A DNA stretch of 47,794 nucleotides from Rudaea sp. GTDB lineage: Bacteria; Pseudomonadota; Gammaproteobacteria; Xanthomonadales; Rhodanobacteraceae. Position 1 is the stretch's first letter. Every line of letters starts with the position of its first letter. A program made the translations under genes and the position numbers. Below the pieces are notes generated by a model that saw nothing but the letters and a program-made list of their open reading frames with translations, was not told where the DNA came from and did not search any database. This document shows, piece by piece, positions 29,191 to 42,366 of the stretch. The stretch lies in the NCBI RefSeq assembly GCF_036383415.1, contig NZ_DASVOK010000275.1, forward strand, positions 1 to 47,794, given 5' to 3'.

Positions 29191-31092
29191 ATGAGCTACG
29201 AATCCGAATACCGTCGTTCCGTCGAACAACCTGAGGAATTCTGGGCCGAACAGGCCAAGCTGATCCATTGGCGCAAGCCGCCGCAGAAGATCCTCGAATA
29301 CACGACTCCGCCGTTTCGCAAATGGTTCGTCGGCGGCGAGACCAATGCCTGCTACAACGCGATCGATCGTCATCTCGATGCACGCGGCGATCAACTTGCA
29401 CTGATCGCTGTGTCGACTGAAACCGGCATCACGCGCGAGATCACTTATCGCGAACTGTATCGCGAGGTGAACACGTTCACCGCGGTGCTCGCTTCGCTGG
29501 GCGTGAAGAAGGGCGAGCGCGTCGTCATCTACATGCCGAACATCGCCGAGGCGGTGTTCGCCGTGCTCGCCTGCGCGCGGCTCGGTGCGATCCATTCGGT
29601 CGTGTTCGGCGGCTTCGCCTCGCACAATCTCGCCGTGCGCATAGACGATGCCGAGCCCAAGCTGTTGATCATGGCCGATGCTGGCATGCGTGGCGGCAAG
29701 GCGATTCCCTACAAGCCGCTCGTCGACGCAGCACTGGCACAGGCGAAGAGTCCGCCGCCGCATGTGCTGATCGTATCGCGCGGCATCGACAAGGACATGG
29801 CGCGCGTCCCCGGCCGCGACCTCGACTACGCCGAGCTGCGCAAGCAGCACGAAGGCGCCGAAGTGCCGGTAACCTGGTGCGAGGCGAACGAGCCGAGCTA
29901 CATCCTCTACACCTCGGGCACGACCGGCAAACCCAAGGGCGTGCAGCGCGATGTCGGCGGCCATCTCGTCGCGCTCGCGCTGTCGATGCGTGCGATCTTC
30001 GACGTCGGCCCAGGGCAAACGATGTTCTCCACGTCCGATGTCGGCTGGGCAGTCGGTCACAGCTACAACATCTACGGCCCGCTGATCGCCGGTGCAACGT
30101 CGCTGCTTTACGAAGGCCTGCCGATCAGCCCCGACGCGGGCATCTGGTGGCAGCTGTGCGAGAAGTATCGCGTGCGCACCATGTTCTCCTCACCGACTGC
30201 GATCCGCGTGCTGAAGAAGCATGATGCGGCACTCCTGAAGAAGTACGACCTGTCATCGTTGAAGTATCTGTTTCTCGCCGGCGAGCCGCTCGATGAACCG
30301 ACGGCGAAATGGATATCCGAAGGTCTCGGCAAGCCGATCATCGACAACTACTGGCAGACCGAAACCGGTTGGCCCGCGCTGTGCCTGCATCCGGGACTTG
30401 ACCTGAAGTCGATCAAGTTCGGCTCGCCGGGTCTGCCGAACTTCGGCTACCGCTACCGCGTGATCAACGAGACCACGGGCCTGGACTGCGCGCCGAACGA
30501 AAAGGGGGTTCTCGTCGCCGTGCCGCCACTGCCGCCGGGCTGCATGACGACGATCTGGCACGACGACGCGCGCTTCGTGCAGAGCTATTTTTCGCACTTC
30601 AAGGAGCTGCTGTACTCCTCGCTCGACTGGGCGATCCGCGACGAGGACGGCTACACCTATATCCTCGGCCGCACCGATGATGTGATCAACGTCGCCGGGC
30701 ACCGCCTCGGCACTCGCGAAATCGAGGAGTCGGTGTCGAGCTACGCGAGCGTCGCCGAGGCCGCAGTCATCGGCGTCAAGGATGAGTTGAAAGGGCAGGT
30801 GCCGATCGTGTTCGCGACGCTGAAATCGGCCGCCGCCGATGCGGCGAACAAACAGGAAGCGGCGAGCGGCATGCAACAGCGCGTCGTCGACATGCTCGGC
30901 GGCGTGGCCAAGCCTGCGCGCGTCTACATCGTCAACGCATTGCCGAAGACACGCTCGGGCAAGCTGCTGCGCCGCTCGCTGCAGGCACTGGCCGAGGACC
31001 GCGATCCGGGCGATCTGTCGACGCTCGACGATCCGAACTCGCTGGAGGAAGTGCGCAATGCGCTGCGGCGCGGGCCGGATGTGGGCAACTGA
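29191..31092 (+). CDS. prpE: Propionate--CoA ligase
   Basis: YILYTSGTTGKPKGVQRD, DNYWQTETG, GRTDDVINVAGHRLGTREIEE, LPKTRSGKLLRR; next to prpBC; GGGAGG RBS. Confidence 0.92.
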   Translation: MSYESEYRRSVEQPEEFWAEQAKLIHWRKPPQKILEYTTPPFRKWFVGGETNACYNAIDRHLDARGDQLALIAVSTETGITREITYRELYREVNTFTAVLASLGVKKGERVVIYMPNIAEAVFAVLACARLGAIHSVVFGGFASHNLAVRIDDAEPKLLIMADAGMRGGKAIPYKPLVDAALAQAKSPPPHVLIVSRGIDKDMARVPGRDLDYAELRKQHEGAEVPVTWCEANEPSYILYTSGTTGKPKGVQRDVGGHLVALALSMRAIFDVGPGQTMFSTSDVGWAVGHSYNIYGPLIAGATSLLYEGLPISPDAGIWWQLCEKYRVRTMFSSPTAIRVLKKHDAALLKKYDLSSLKYLFLAGEPLDEPTAKWISEGLGKPIIDNYWQTETGWPALCLHPGLDLKSIKFGSPGLPNFGYRYRVINETTGLDCAPNEKGVLVAVPPLPPGCMTTIWHDDARFVQSYFSHFKELLYSSLDWAIRDEDGYTYILGRTDDVINVAGHRLGTREIEESVSSYASVAEAAVIGVKDELKGQVPIVFATLKSAAADAANKQEAASGMQQRVVDMLGGVAKPARVYIVNALPKTRSGKLLRRSLQALAEDRDPGDLSTLDDPNSLEEVRNALRRGPDVGN

Positions 31093-31156
31093 GGTCTGCC
31101 GAAGCGCCGACGGGGTCTGAGCTCGATTGCCCAGGTCCTGGACCATCGGGTATCTA

Positions 31157-31966
31157 TCAGGTACAGCCCGGCATGCCGATCACGCCGGTCAGCATGGTGA
31201 GATTTTCGGATACGTGACCGTCGGTTCCGGTTAGTGTTGCCGTCGCGGTGGTGCAACTGGTGAACGTGATGGTGAGTTGACCCCAAGTGACGGGAACGCG
31301 CAGCGGGGCCTGGAACGTGCCCGAGTTCGAATAGCTCATGTTCAGCGTGATTGGGCTGCCAAGCGTGATCGTCTTCGGGCCGAAATCGGAAATTAGCCAC
31401 AGAGGGCCGCCGCTCGCGTTGACGCCATAGTAGGTGACGATAAGGCCGACGGCGGAAGAGGGCAGGATGTTGAAGCCGGTTCCGGTGAACGTATGGTCGT
31501 ACCAGAGTCCGGCGAACGAACCCGTGGCGATCGAGCCGGCGTAGTCGGTGAGGATAGATGAATAGTAGGCGGTGAAATCGCCATTGATCTGGGTGCTGCC
31601 GGTGCCTCCACCCCAAAAGCCAATGATGGCGGCGCCCGCGGCGCTGTTCGGGTTGCTGCTGGCAGACCAGTAATACGTTGCAGTGCCTGGCGTCACGCAG
31701 TTGACCAGATACCACGACGAGTTGGTGTTCACCGTACCGGTACCTTGATGGTGGGTGAAACTGGGCGAGCTGAAAAAATCGCAGCTGACATTGCCCTGCG
31801 CGTCGACCACGATCGTTACCGTGCCATAGTCGCCGCCCGTATAGATGCCGGTGTACGTGCCTTCTCCGATCGGGCCGGCGTGCACGCCGCGACCAGCCAG
31901 CGCGATCAAGGCAATAAACATCCATGCAAGAAAGCGGAAATCGGCGAAGAGATGCTTCTTCTTCAT
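31157..31966 (-). CDS. Secreted two-domain hypothetical protein (paralog A)
   Basis: Signal peptide; Gly/Thr/Ser-rich beta-strand pattern; clear paralog of 34930..35790. Confidence 0.8.
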   Translation of the reverse strand: MKKKHLFADFRFLAWMFIALIALAGRGVHAGPIGEGTYTGIYTGGDYGTVTIVVDAQGNVSCDFFSSPSFTHHQGTGTVNTNSSWYLVNCVTPGTATYYWSASSNPNSAAGAAIIGFWGGGTGSTQINGDFTAYYSSILTDYAGSIATGSFAGLWYDHTFTGTGFNILPSSAVGLIVTYYGVNASGGPLWLISDFGPKTITLGSPITLNMSYSNSGTFQAPLRVPVTWGQLTITFTSCTTATATLTGTDGHVSENLTMLTGVIGMPGCT

Positions 31967-32140
31967 GTCGGCTGCTCCATTTGAGATTCAATAGTCAGCG
32001 ATTTCCCCCGCGACGGTATTCTGCCTACTGTCCGAGCTTAATTCATCCCCGTCAGGCTCGATTTCGGGATTAGTAATGCCGGCGCCGATGCTTGGCACGT
32101 GTCGGGTCCGCGGGACGCAGTCAGTGCTCGAGGGGGTTGA

Positions 32141-32149
32141 TGCTAAAAT
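32141..32149 (+). promoter_or_regulatory. Possible extended -10 promoter for prpB
   Basis: TG-C-TAAAAT, 23 nt upstream of the ATG. Confidence 0.45.
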
Positions 32150-32172
32150 GCCCGCCCAGCATGGAGATCCGC

Positions 32173-33066
32173 ATGAGTATTTCGTCTGCCGGAAAGCGCT
32201 TCCGCGCCGCGCTCGCCGCCGAATCGCCGTTGCAGGTCATTGGCGCGATCAACGCCAACCATGCGCTGCTGGCGAAGCGTGCAGGCTATCGAGCGATCTA
32301 TCTGTCCGGCGGTGGCGTCGCGGCGGGTTCGCTCGGCCTGCCCGACCTCGGCATCAACACGCTCGATGACGTGCTCACCGACGTGCGCCGCATCACCGAC
32401 GTCTGTGACCTGCCGCTGCTCGTCGACATCGACACGGGCTTCGGTCCGTCCGCGTTCAACATCGAGCGCACGGTGAAGTCGCTGATCAAGTTCGGCGCGG
32501 CCGCCTGTCACATCGAGGACCAGGTCGGCGCCAAGCGCTGCGGCCATCGCCCGGGCAAGGAGATCGTCAGCCGCCAGGAAATGGCCGATCGAGTCAAGGC
32601 TGCGACCGATGCGAAGACGGATCCGGAGTTCTTCCTGATCGCACGCACCGATGCGATCCAGATAGAAGGCGTCGATGCCGCGATCGAACGCGCGCTCGCC
32701 TGCGTCGAGGCCGGCGCCGACGGCATCTTTGCCGAGGCCGCCTACGACCTGCCGACCTACAGGAAATTCGTCGACGCGGTGAAAGTGCCGGTGCTCGCCA
32801 ACATCACCGAGTTCGGCAAGACGCCGCTGTTCACGGTGGACGAGTTGCGCACAACCGGTGTCGGTATCGTGCTCTATCCGCTGAGCGCGTTCCGCGCAAT
32901 GAACAAGGCGGCGGAAAACGTCTACAACGCGATCCGCCGCGACGGCCACCAGAAGAACGTGCTCGAGACGATGCAGACGCGCGAGGAGCTGTACGAGCGC
33001 ATCGGTTACCACGACTACGAGAACAAGCTCGACAACCTGTTTGCTGCTTCGCCGAAGAACGGATGA
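32173..33066 (+). CDS. prpB: 2-methylisocitrate lyase
   Basis: [51 protein letters not shown]. Confidence 0.96.
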   Translation: MSISSAGKRFRAALAAESPLQVIGAINANHALLAKRAGYRAIYLSGGGVAAGSLGLPDLGINTLDDVLTDVRRITDVCDLPLLVDIDTGFGPSAFNIERTVKSLIKFGAAACHIEDQVGAKRCGHRPGKEIVSRQEMADRVKAATDAKTDPEFFLIARTDAIQIEGVDAAIERALACVEAGADGIFAEAAYDLPTYRKFVDAVKVPVLANITEFGKTPLFTVDELRTTGVGIVLYPLSAFRAMNKAAENVYNAIRRDGHQKNVLETMQTREELYERIGYHDYENKLDNLFAASPKNG

Positions 33067-33629
33067 GCGAACTTCCCCCCCAGACCGTGGACGAACGGCG
33101 TGAGGCGCGCGATTGGAGTGGTGTCGCCGCGGTCGTCGCCGCGTTGATCGGCTTCATGGCTTTGCTCGTGTCCGGCTATACCGCGCTTATCCAGCATCAG
33201 CAGGTGAGTGCGCAGGTGTGGCCTTATCTGCTTATCGGCTACGCCGACCCCGATCGCTCGATTGTCGTCCTGAACAAAGGCGTCGGCCCGGCGCAGGTGC
33301 GCGCCGTGCAGGTGCTGGTCGACGACAAGCCGCAGCAGAGCTGGAGCGACGTGGTGAAGGCGCTCGGCCTCGACAACGACAATCTTGGCAAGTCGACGAT
33401 CAGCGGCAATGTGCTGTCGGCGGGGGAGAAAGTTGCGATGGTCCAGATGCTCGATGATGCAAGCTACGAGCGCTTCCGCCTGGCCGCGCAGAAGCGCCTG
33501 AAGATCAGCATCTGTTATTGCTCGACGCTTGGCGAATGCTGGATTCGCGATCGCAAGGTGCGTGACCAGAACACCACACAGGTAGACGCCTGCCCGGCGT
33601 GGCCGGCGGATCAGCAATTCAAAGATTGA
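33063..33629 (+). CDS. Membrane-anchored hypothetical protein
   Basis: N-terminal [23 protein letters not shown]; ATGA overlap with the prpB stop. Confidence 0.8.
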   Translation: MSELPPQTVDERREARDWSGVAAVVAALIGFMALLVSGYTALIQHQQVSAQVWPYLLIGYADPDRSIVVLNKGVGPAQVRAVQVLVDDKPQQSWSDVVKALGLDNDNLGKSTISGNVLSAGEKVAMVQMLDDASYERFRLAAQKRLKISICYCSTLGECWIRDRKVRDQNTTQVDACPAWPADQQFKD

Positions 33630-33686
33630 TGCGGCCGCGGCCCGACGCCGCTGCGCGCAGGCAGCAATCGCAACAAGGAGACAGAA

Positions 33687-34844
33687 GTGAGCGACAACGC
33701 CCCAGCTACCCCCTTCAAGCCGAAGAAATCCGTCGCCCTGAGCGGCACGCTCGCGGGCAACACCGCGCTGTGCACGGTCGGCCGCAGCGGCAACGACCTG
33801 CACTACCGCGGCTACGACATCCTCGATGTGGCCGAGACCTGCGAGTTCGAGGAAATCGCGCATCTTCTCGTGCACGGCAAGCTGCCGACGGTGGCGGAAC
33901 TCGCCACCTACAAGGCCAAGCTCAAGGCGCTGCGTGGCATTCCTGCATCCGTGAAAGCCACGCTCGAACAACTGCCGCCCTCGGCGCATCCGATGGACGT
34001 GATGCGCACGGCCGTCTCCGCACTCGGCTGCGTCTCGCCCGAAAAGGATGACCACAATCACCCCGGCGCGCGCGACATCGCCGACAAGCTGATGGCTTCG
34101 CTTGGTTCGATGCTGCTGTACTGGTACCAATACAGTCACAACGGCAAGCGCATCGACGTGGAAACCGACGACGACTCGATCGGCGGGCACTTCCTCCACC
34201 TGCTGCATGGCAAGGCGCCGAGCGAGGAATGGGTGCGCGCGATGCACACCTCGCTGATCCTCTACGCCGAGCACGAGTTCAACGCCTCGACGTTCACCGC
34301 GCGGGTGATCGCCGGTACCGGCAGCGACATGTATTCGTGCATCGCCGGCGCGATCGGCGCGCTGCGCGGTCCCAAGCACGGCGGCGCGAACGAAGTCGCA
34401 TTCGAGATCCAGAAGCGCTACAACACGCCGGACGAGGCGGAAGCCGACATCCGCAAGCGCGTGGAGAACAAGGAAGTCGTCATCGGTTTCGGCCATCCGG
34501 TCTATACGGTCAGCGACCCGCGCAACAAGGTGATCAAGGAGGTCGCGCGCGACCTGTCCAAAGAGGCCGAGAACACGAAGATGTTCGACATCGCCGAGCG
34601 CCTGGAATCGACGATGTGGGAGATCAAGAAGATGTTCCCGAATCTCGACTGGTTCAGCGCGGTGAGCTACCACATGATGGGCGTGCCGACGGCGATGTTC
34701 ACGCCGCTGTTCGTGATCTCGCGCACCTCGGGCTGGAGCGCGCATGTGATCGAGCAGCGCATCGACGGCAAGATCATCCGCCCGAGCGCGAACTATGTGG
34801 GTCCGGAAGACCTCAAGTTCGTACCGCTGACAAAGCGCACATAA
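33687..34844 (+). CDS. prpC: 2-methylcitrate synthase
   Basis: [51 protein letters not shown]; AAGGAG RBS, GTG start. Confidence 0.96.
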   Translation: MSDNAPATPFKPKKSVALSGTLAGNTALCTVGRSGNDLHYRGYDILDVAETCEFEEIAHLLVHGKLPTVAELATYKAKLKALRGIPASVKATLEQLPPSAHPMDVMRTAVSALGCVSPEKDDHNHPGARDIADKLMASLGSMLLYWYQYSHNGKRIDVETDDDSIGGHFLHLLHGKAPSEEWVRAMHTSLILYAEHEFNASTFTARVIAGTGSDMYSCIAGAIGALRGPKHGGANEVAFEIQKRYNTPDEAEADIRKRVENKEVVIGFGHPVYTVSDPRNKVIKEVARDLSKEAENTKMFDIAERLESTMWEIKKMFPNLDWFSAVSYHMMGVPTAMFTPLFVISRTSGWSAHVIEQRIDGKIIRPSANYVGPEDLKFVPLTKRT

Positions 34845-34929
34845 AATATTGCCTGGGCTGCGACGTTCCGTTTCCGACGTTCGTCAATGCGGATGCAGAG
34901 GGCATTCTTGGGAGTCGAGGGAGACGTGG

Positions 34930-35790
34930 ATGAAGATTCGTTCGCACCCCAGCTTTCTGCACCTTCTGATCATGCTGTTTGTAGCGAGCGTGCAAAGCGC
35001 GCATGTCGCGGCGGCCGGCGGCACAGGGCCCGGCATCTACAAGGGCTCGTACTCGAGCGACGCTCCAGGCGGTGACTACGGAGCGGTCACGATCATCGTC
35101 GATGGTCAGGGCAACACCGCCTGCAATTTTCACAGTACTCCGACCAACGACGAACGGATCACCGTGGGCGGGATGGTGAATTCGAGCTCGTCGCATTTTG
35201 CTTTGACCTGCGCGAATGCAGGGATCAGTTTCGGCGGCGGCTGGATGGCGACGACGGACTCCGCCAGCATCGCTGGCCAGTCGCTGTCAGGAACCTGGAA
35301 AAGTGTCTTTGGCCCCTCGCCGCCGATTACCGGCACATTCACCGCAACATTCGTTTCAGGCTTGAGCCCCATCGATCCTGCCGCGATCACGGGCCTTTGG
35401 TACCAGCCGGGAATGCACGACGGCGGTTTCAATTTTCTTTTCGCCGACCAAGGGCTGTACGTCACTTACATGGGCGTGACCTTCTGGGCGGTCTCGTTCG
35501 ACGGCAAACCGGTAGGAGTGCCGTTGGGCAGTCCCTATTGGCTTATTTCCGATGTGGGTCCGCAGACAGTTCTTCCCGGCACGGCGTTCAGCGTCAACGT
35601 GTTCGCTCCGCCGAATCCGCCGACGACCCAGGTCGGTCCTGCTCAGGCCGAGCCTCAGGGTTCACTCAAGATTGTCTTTTTCGATTGCAAGTTGGCCACG
35701 GCAACGCTGACCGGCTCCACGTTCGTTCCGAGCAATCTCAGCTGGAATCTTCACAAGCTGGTGGGTGCCGCCAACGGCCCGGGCTGCTGA
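34930..35790 (+). CDS. Secreted two-domain hypothetical protein (paralog B)
   Basis: Signal peptide from ATG 34930; shares GGDYG.VTI.VD.QGN..C.F.S.P, GLWY, WLISD.GP.T, F..C..ATATLTG and PGC with 31157..31966. Confidence 0.8.
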   Translation: MKIRSHPSFLHLLIMLFVASVQSAHVAAAGGTGPGIYKGSYSSDAPGGDYGAVTIIVDGQGNTACNFHSTPTNDERITVGGMVNSSSSHFALTCANAGISFGGGWMATTDSASIAGQSLSGTWKSVFGPSPPITGTFTATFVSGLSPIDPAAITGLWYQPGMHDGGFNFLFADQGLYVTYMGVTFWAVSFDGKPVGVPLGSPYWLISDVGPQTVLPGTAFSVNVFAPPNPPTTQVGPAQAEPQGSLKIVFFDCKLATATLTGSTFVPSNLSWNLHKLVGAANGPGC

Positions 35791-35804
35791 GGAGGTCGAT
35801 TCGA

Positions 35805-36566
35805 TCAGCCTGCGGAGCGGACCGGCGCGATGTCCTCGAAGCGCACGTTGCCGATCGCGTACGATTTCCAGTCGCGATAATCGAAGTGCCACCATTCGTA
35901 TTCGTAGACGCTGAAACCTTCGGCTTCCATGTAATGACGCAGCAGATCGCGTTTCGTGCGTGAGGTGTCGCTGCCGCCCGCGTAGCCCGGGTAGGCGCGC
36001 TCGCTCATCTCGTCGTACAGGCTCGGCATCTCCACGGCCTTGCCGGTTCTCAAGTCATACAGCGTAAGGTCGACGGCGCAGCCGCGGTTGTGGCGCGAGC
36101 CCTTGGCCGGATCGGCCACGAACTGGTGTTTGTCGGCCGGCGTCGCGTCCCAGAAGATTTTCGTCACGTACCACGGCCGGTACGCGTCGTGGATCATCAG
36201 CCCGTAGCCTTCCTTCGCGAGCGCGCGATTCACGCGCACGACTGCCTCTGCCGCGGGGCGTTGCAAAAATGCGCGCGCCTGACTGTACAACGGCGTGCCG
36301 AGGAAGTTGCGCGTCGTCGCGTAGCGGATGTCGAGCTTGATCGTCGGATCGAGGGTGACGAGTTCGACGAGATCAGTCTTGCGGAATTCGCCCGGCTCGG
36401 TCGGCGGCGTTGCCGCCAGCGCGCTCGGCAGCAGTTCCGCCACCGGCCGCACGGGATCGATATGGAAAAATGCCAGAGCATCTGGCGTAGCTGCAAGCTG
36501 CGGGCTTGCAGACTGGCATGCCGCGAGTATGAGTGCGATGAACGACGTGGATATCGGGCGAAGCAT
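35805..36566 (-). CDS. D-Ala-D-Ala dipeptidase (M15D, VanX/DdpX), lipoprotein
   Basis: Lipobox LAAC; DAYRP, SRHNRGCAVD, EWWHF. Confidence 0.92.
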   Translation of the reverse strand: MLRPISTSFIALILAACQSASPQLAATPDALAFFHIDPVRPVAELLPSALAATPPTEPGEFRKTDLVELVTLDPTIKLDIRYATTRNFLGTPLYSQARAFLQRPAAEAVVRVNRALAKEGYGLMIHDAYRPWYVTKIFWDATPADKHQFVADPAKGSRHNRGCAVDLTLYDLRTGKAVEMPSLYDEMSERAYPGYAGGSDTSRTKRDLLRHYMEAEGFSVYEYEWWHFDYRDWKSYAIGNVRFEDIAPVRSAG

Positions 36567-36671
36567 CGGATCGATCCTGCCGCAGGGTTGCGCGCAGTGT
36601 ACACGCAACGAACTTTTCAGCGTCGCAGGACTCGCGTAGATTGCGTCGGGTATGCAATGGAGGCGAACGGC

Positions 36672-38045
36672 ATGAAAGTGAATTTCTTTGGCGCGGCAGG
36701 TACGGTCACCGGCTCGATGCACCTCGTTGACGCGGCGGGCAAACGCATCCTGCTCGACTGCGGCATGATCCAGGGCAGCGACGCGGAGGAGGCGCGCAAC
36801 ACCGAGGCGTTTCCGTTCGACGTCAACGCGATCGACGCAGTCGTTGTCAGTCATGCGCATATCGACCATACCGGGCGGTTGCCGCTGCTCGCAGCGCGCG
36901 GCTATCAGGGGCCGATCTATGCGCAGGAAGCCACCTGCGATCTGATCCCTGTGATGCTGATGGATTCGGCTTCGCTGCAGGAGAGCGATGCGGCGCGCCA
37001 GAGTCGCAAGCGTGTGGCAGGCACGCCCGAAGTCGTGCCGCTGTACACGCGCGATGACGTGCAGAAGATGTTGCCGCAGTTGCGTCCTCTGCCGTACCAC
37101 CAACGCACCACGCTGTTTCCCGACATCGAAGTGGACCTGCGCGACGCGGGCCATATCCTCGGCTCATCCATCATCGAACTGTTCGCCGACGGCCGCACGC
37201 TCGTGTTTTCGGGCGATCTCGGCCCCAAGGGCACGCCTATCCTGCGCGATCCGGAAACGCCGCCTGCGGCCGATCTCGTGCTGATGGAATCGACCTACGG
37301 CAACCGCAACCACAAGGATCGTGCCGAGACCGTGCGTGAACTCGGTGGCATCCTCGACGACGCGTGGAAGAATCAAGGCAACGTCTTGATACCGGCCTTC
37401 GCCGTCGGCCGCACGCAGGAACTCCTGTACTGGTTCGCGCGCTTCTGGGACGAATGGAATCTGTCACGTTGGAAAATTTTCATCGACAGTCCGATGGCAG
37501 CGAAGGTTATCCAGATCTACGACCGCCACCACGAGTTGTTCGACGACGACGCGCTCGAGGTGTGGAAGGGCACGCCCAACCCGTTCCGCTTGCCGAACCT
37601 GCACACGACCGACTCGATCCAGGATTCGATGGCGATCAACCAGATCCGTAGCGGCGCGATCATTATCGCAGGCAACGGCATGGCCAGCGGCGGACGCATC
37701 GTGCACCACCTGCGCCACAACATCGGCCGACGCGAGGCGCATATCGTGTTCGTCGGCTACCAGGCAGACGGCACGCTCGGTCGACGCCTCGTCAACGGCG
37801 CGAAAACGGTGCGCATGTTCGGTGAGGAATATCAGGTCAACGCGCAGTGTCACACGATCGGTGGCTTGTCTGCGCACACCGATCAGAACGGCCTGCTCGA
37901 ATGGTACGGCGGCATCGCCGGGCATCCATCAGTCGCGCTCGTGCATGGCGAGGACGACGCGCGTGAAGCGCTCGCGACTGAATTGCACGAACGCTTCGGC
38001 GTGACGGCGGAGCTCGCGCGGCCAGGTGCGGTACGCGAGGTGTAG
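36672..38045 (+). CDS. MBL-fold beta-CASP RNA-metabolising hydrolase
   Basis: GAAGTVTGS, SHAHIDHTG, AGHILGS, FSGDLG, MESTYG, PAFAVGRTQ, LSAH, VHGE; GGAGG RBS. Confidence 0.93.
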   Translation: MKVNFFGAAGTVTGSMHLVDAAGKRILLDCGMIQGSDAEEARNTEAFPFDVNAIDAVVVSHAHIDHTGRLPLLAARGYQGPIYAQEATCDLIPVMLMDSASLQESDAARQSRKRVAGTPEVVPLYTRDDVQKMLPQLRPLPYHQRTTLFPDIEVDLRDAGHILGSSIIELFADGRTLVFSGDLGPKGTPILRDPETPPAADLVLMESTYGNRNHKDRAETVRELGGILDDAWKNQGNVLIPAFAVGRTQELLYWFARFWDEWNLSRWKIFIDSPMAAKVIQIYDRHHELFDDDALEVWKGTPNPFRLPNLHTTDSIQDSMAINQIRSGAIIIAGNGMASGGRIVHHLRHNIGRREAHIVFVGYQADGTLGRRLVNGAKTVRMFGEEYQVNAQCHTIGGLSAHTDQNGLLEWYGGIAGHPSVALVHGEDDAREALATELHERFGVTAELARPGAVREV

Positions 38046-38213
38046 ACCGCGCGACGGATCATGCATCGGCGCGATTCTTGCTCTGTCCACTTTCGATCCC
38101 GACGCGGGATTGTGCGCCGATTGAACCGGTGGCGGGCGAAGTGGAATGGACCTGTTGTCACCGTGGCGATCGCGCCGCGATGACAATCAGGGGGCAATCA
38201 AGTGGAGATTGCC

Positions 38214-39347
38214 ATGCATGGTTCAAAATCCCCCAATCGCCTGGTCGTTGCGTTTTTCGCGGCGGGAGCGGCGATCACCGGTATCTCGTCGCCCGCGCTG
38301 GCAAAGGACGGCGGCGATTATCAACAGCACGTACTCGTCTCCGACGGTTCGATCGCGGCCGACCATACCGATCCCAACCTCGTCAACGCCTGGGGCGTTG
38401 CCTTCAATCCGTTCGGTGTCGTCTGGGTCGCGAACAATCACAGCGGCACGTCGACCTTGTACGACGGCATGGGCAATCCGCAGTCGCTCGTCGTTGCAAT
38501 CCCGAGCCCGACCAACGCAACCGGCGGCAGTCCCACCGGCATCGTCTACAACGGATCGAGTGGCTTCACCGTCAGCAACGGCACGGTGACGGGCGCGAGC
38601 CGCTTCCTCTTCGCCACCGAGGATGGCGTGATCGCCGGTTGGGCGCCGAACGTGGACACGACGCATGCGCTGCGCGCGGTCGACAGCTCGGCCGGCGGCG
38701 CGATCTACAAGGGCCTCGCGCTCAGTGCGGGCGGCAGCGGGCAGTTGCTCTACGCCACCGATTTCCACAACGGCAAGGTCGACGTTTTCGACAGCAAGTT
38801 CGCCCCGGTCAGCCTGCCTGCGGGCGCGTTCGTCGATGCGAAAATTCCATCCGGCTTCGCGCCGTTCGGCATCCAGGCAATCAATGGCGACATATTCGTC
38901 ACTTACGCGATGCAGGATGCCGATCGGCACGACGACGTCCATGGCCGCGGCCTCGGTTACGTGGACGTCTATGATCCGAACGGCAAGCTGTTGCATCGCG
39001 TTGCTTCGCGCGGCCAGCTCAACGCGCCGTGGGGCATGGCGCTCGCACCGGCCGGCTTCGGCCGCTTCAGCAGCAGCCTGCTCGTCGGCAATTTCGGTGA
39101 TGGCCGCATCAACGCCTATGACCTCAAGTCCGGCACGCCGCTCGGCACTCTGCGCGATGCGCAGCACGTGCCGTTGCAGATCGACGGACTCTGGGGCATC
39201 GCATTCGGCAACGGATTTGCCAGCCAGCCGGTCGACACGCTGTTTTTCGCCGCCGGACCGGGCGACGAGGCGCACGGTGCCTACGGACGCATCGATGTCG
39301 TGGCGAGTAGCGCGACTAGCAGCGACGACGATTCGAGCGACGAGTGA
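38214..39347 (+). CDS. TIGR03118 family secreted protein
   Basis: Signal peptide; LVSD, DPNLVNAWG, PTGIVYN, FATEDG, YKGLA, LNAPWG, LVGNFGDG, IDGLWGI. Confidence 0.88.
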   Translation: MHGSKSPNRLVVAFFAAGAAITGISSPALAKDGGDYQQHVLVSDGSIAADHTDPNLVNAWGVAFNPFGVVWVANNHSGTSTLYDGMGNPQSLVVAIPSPTNATGGSPTGIVYNGSSGFTVSNGTVTGASRFLFATEDGVIAGWAPNVDTTHALRAVDSSAGGAIYKGLALSAGGSGQLLYATDFHNGKVDVFDSKFAPVSLPAGAFVDAKIPSGFAPFGIQAINGDIFVTYAMQDADRHDDVHGRGLGYVDVYDPNGKLLHRVASRGQLNAPWGMALAPAGFGRFSSSLLVGNFGDGRINAYDLKSGTPLGTLRDAQHVPLQIDGLWGIAFGNGFASQPVDTLFFAAGPGDEAHGAYGRIDVVASSATSSDDDSSDE

Positions 39348-39377
39348 GGACAGTGCTTGTGGCTGAGCCCGCCTGAT

Positions 39378-42166
<2,789 letters not shown>

Positions 42167-42366
42167 GATCCTTCTCCTTCGAATGATGGTGAAGTGAATC
42201 GGCATCGATACATGATTCGCCGGTTTTTTTATATCACAATGACCTGAACGGACAGCGAGCTTGCAAGCCCGCTGCGTCGATCCCATGTAAGAAGAACCTC
42301 TTTGGTCTTTGATCTGCTTTGAAATTTTCGCCATGAATCCAGTGGCGGATCGTTAAAGGAAAATTC

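Noticed and set aside
32092-32108. Sigma54-like TTGGCACG upstream of prpB
   Set aside because: The -24 element is present but there is no TGC at -12, and no prpR is nearby
33015-34745. 576-aa minus-strand ORF
   Set aside because: Antisense shadow of prpC and the upstream membrane protein gene
35805-36566. Vancomycin resistance locus
   Set aside because: Only a lone VanX/DdpX-family lipoprotein; no vanH, vanA, vanR or vanS
36672-38045. beta-CASP nuclease as an anti-phage system
   Set aside because: Ordinary standalone family with no defence-associated neighbours
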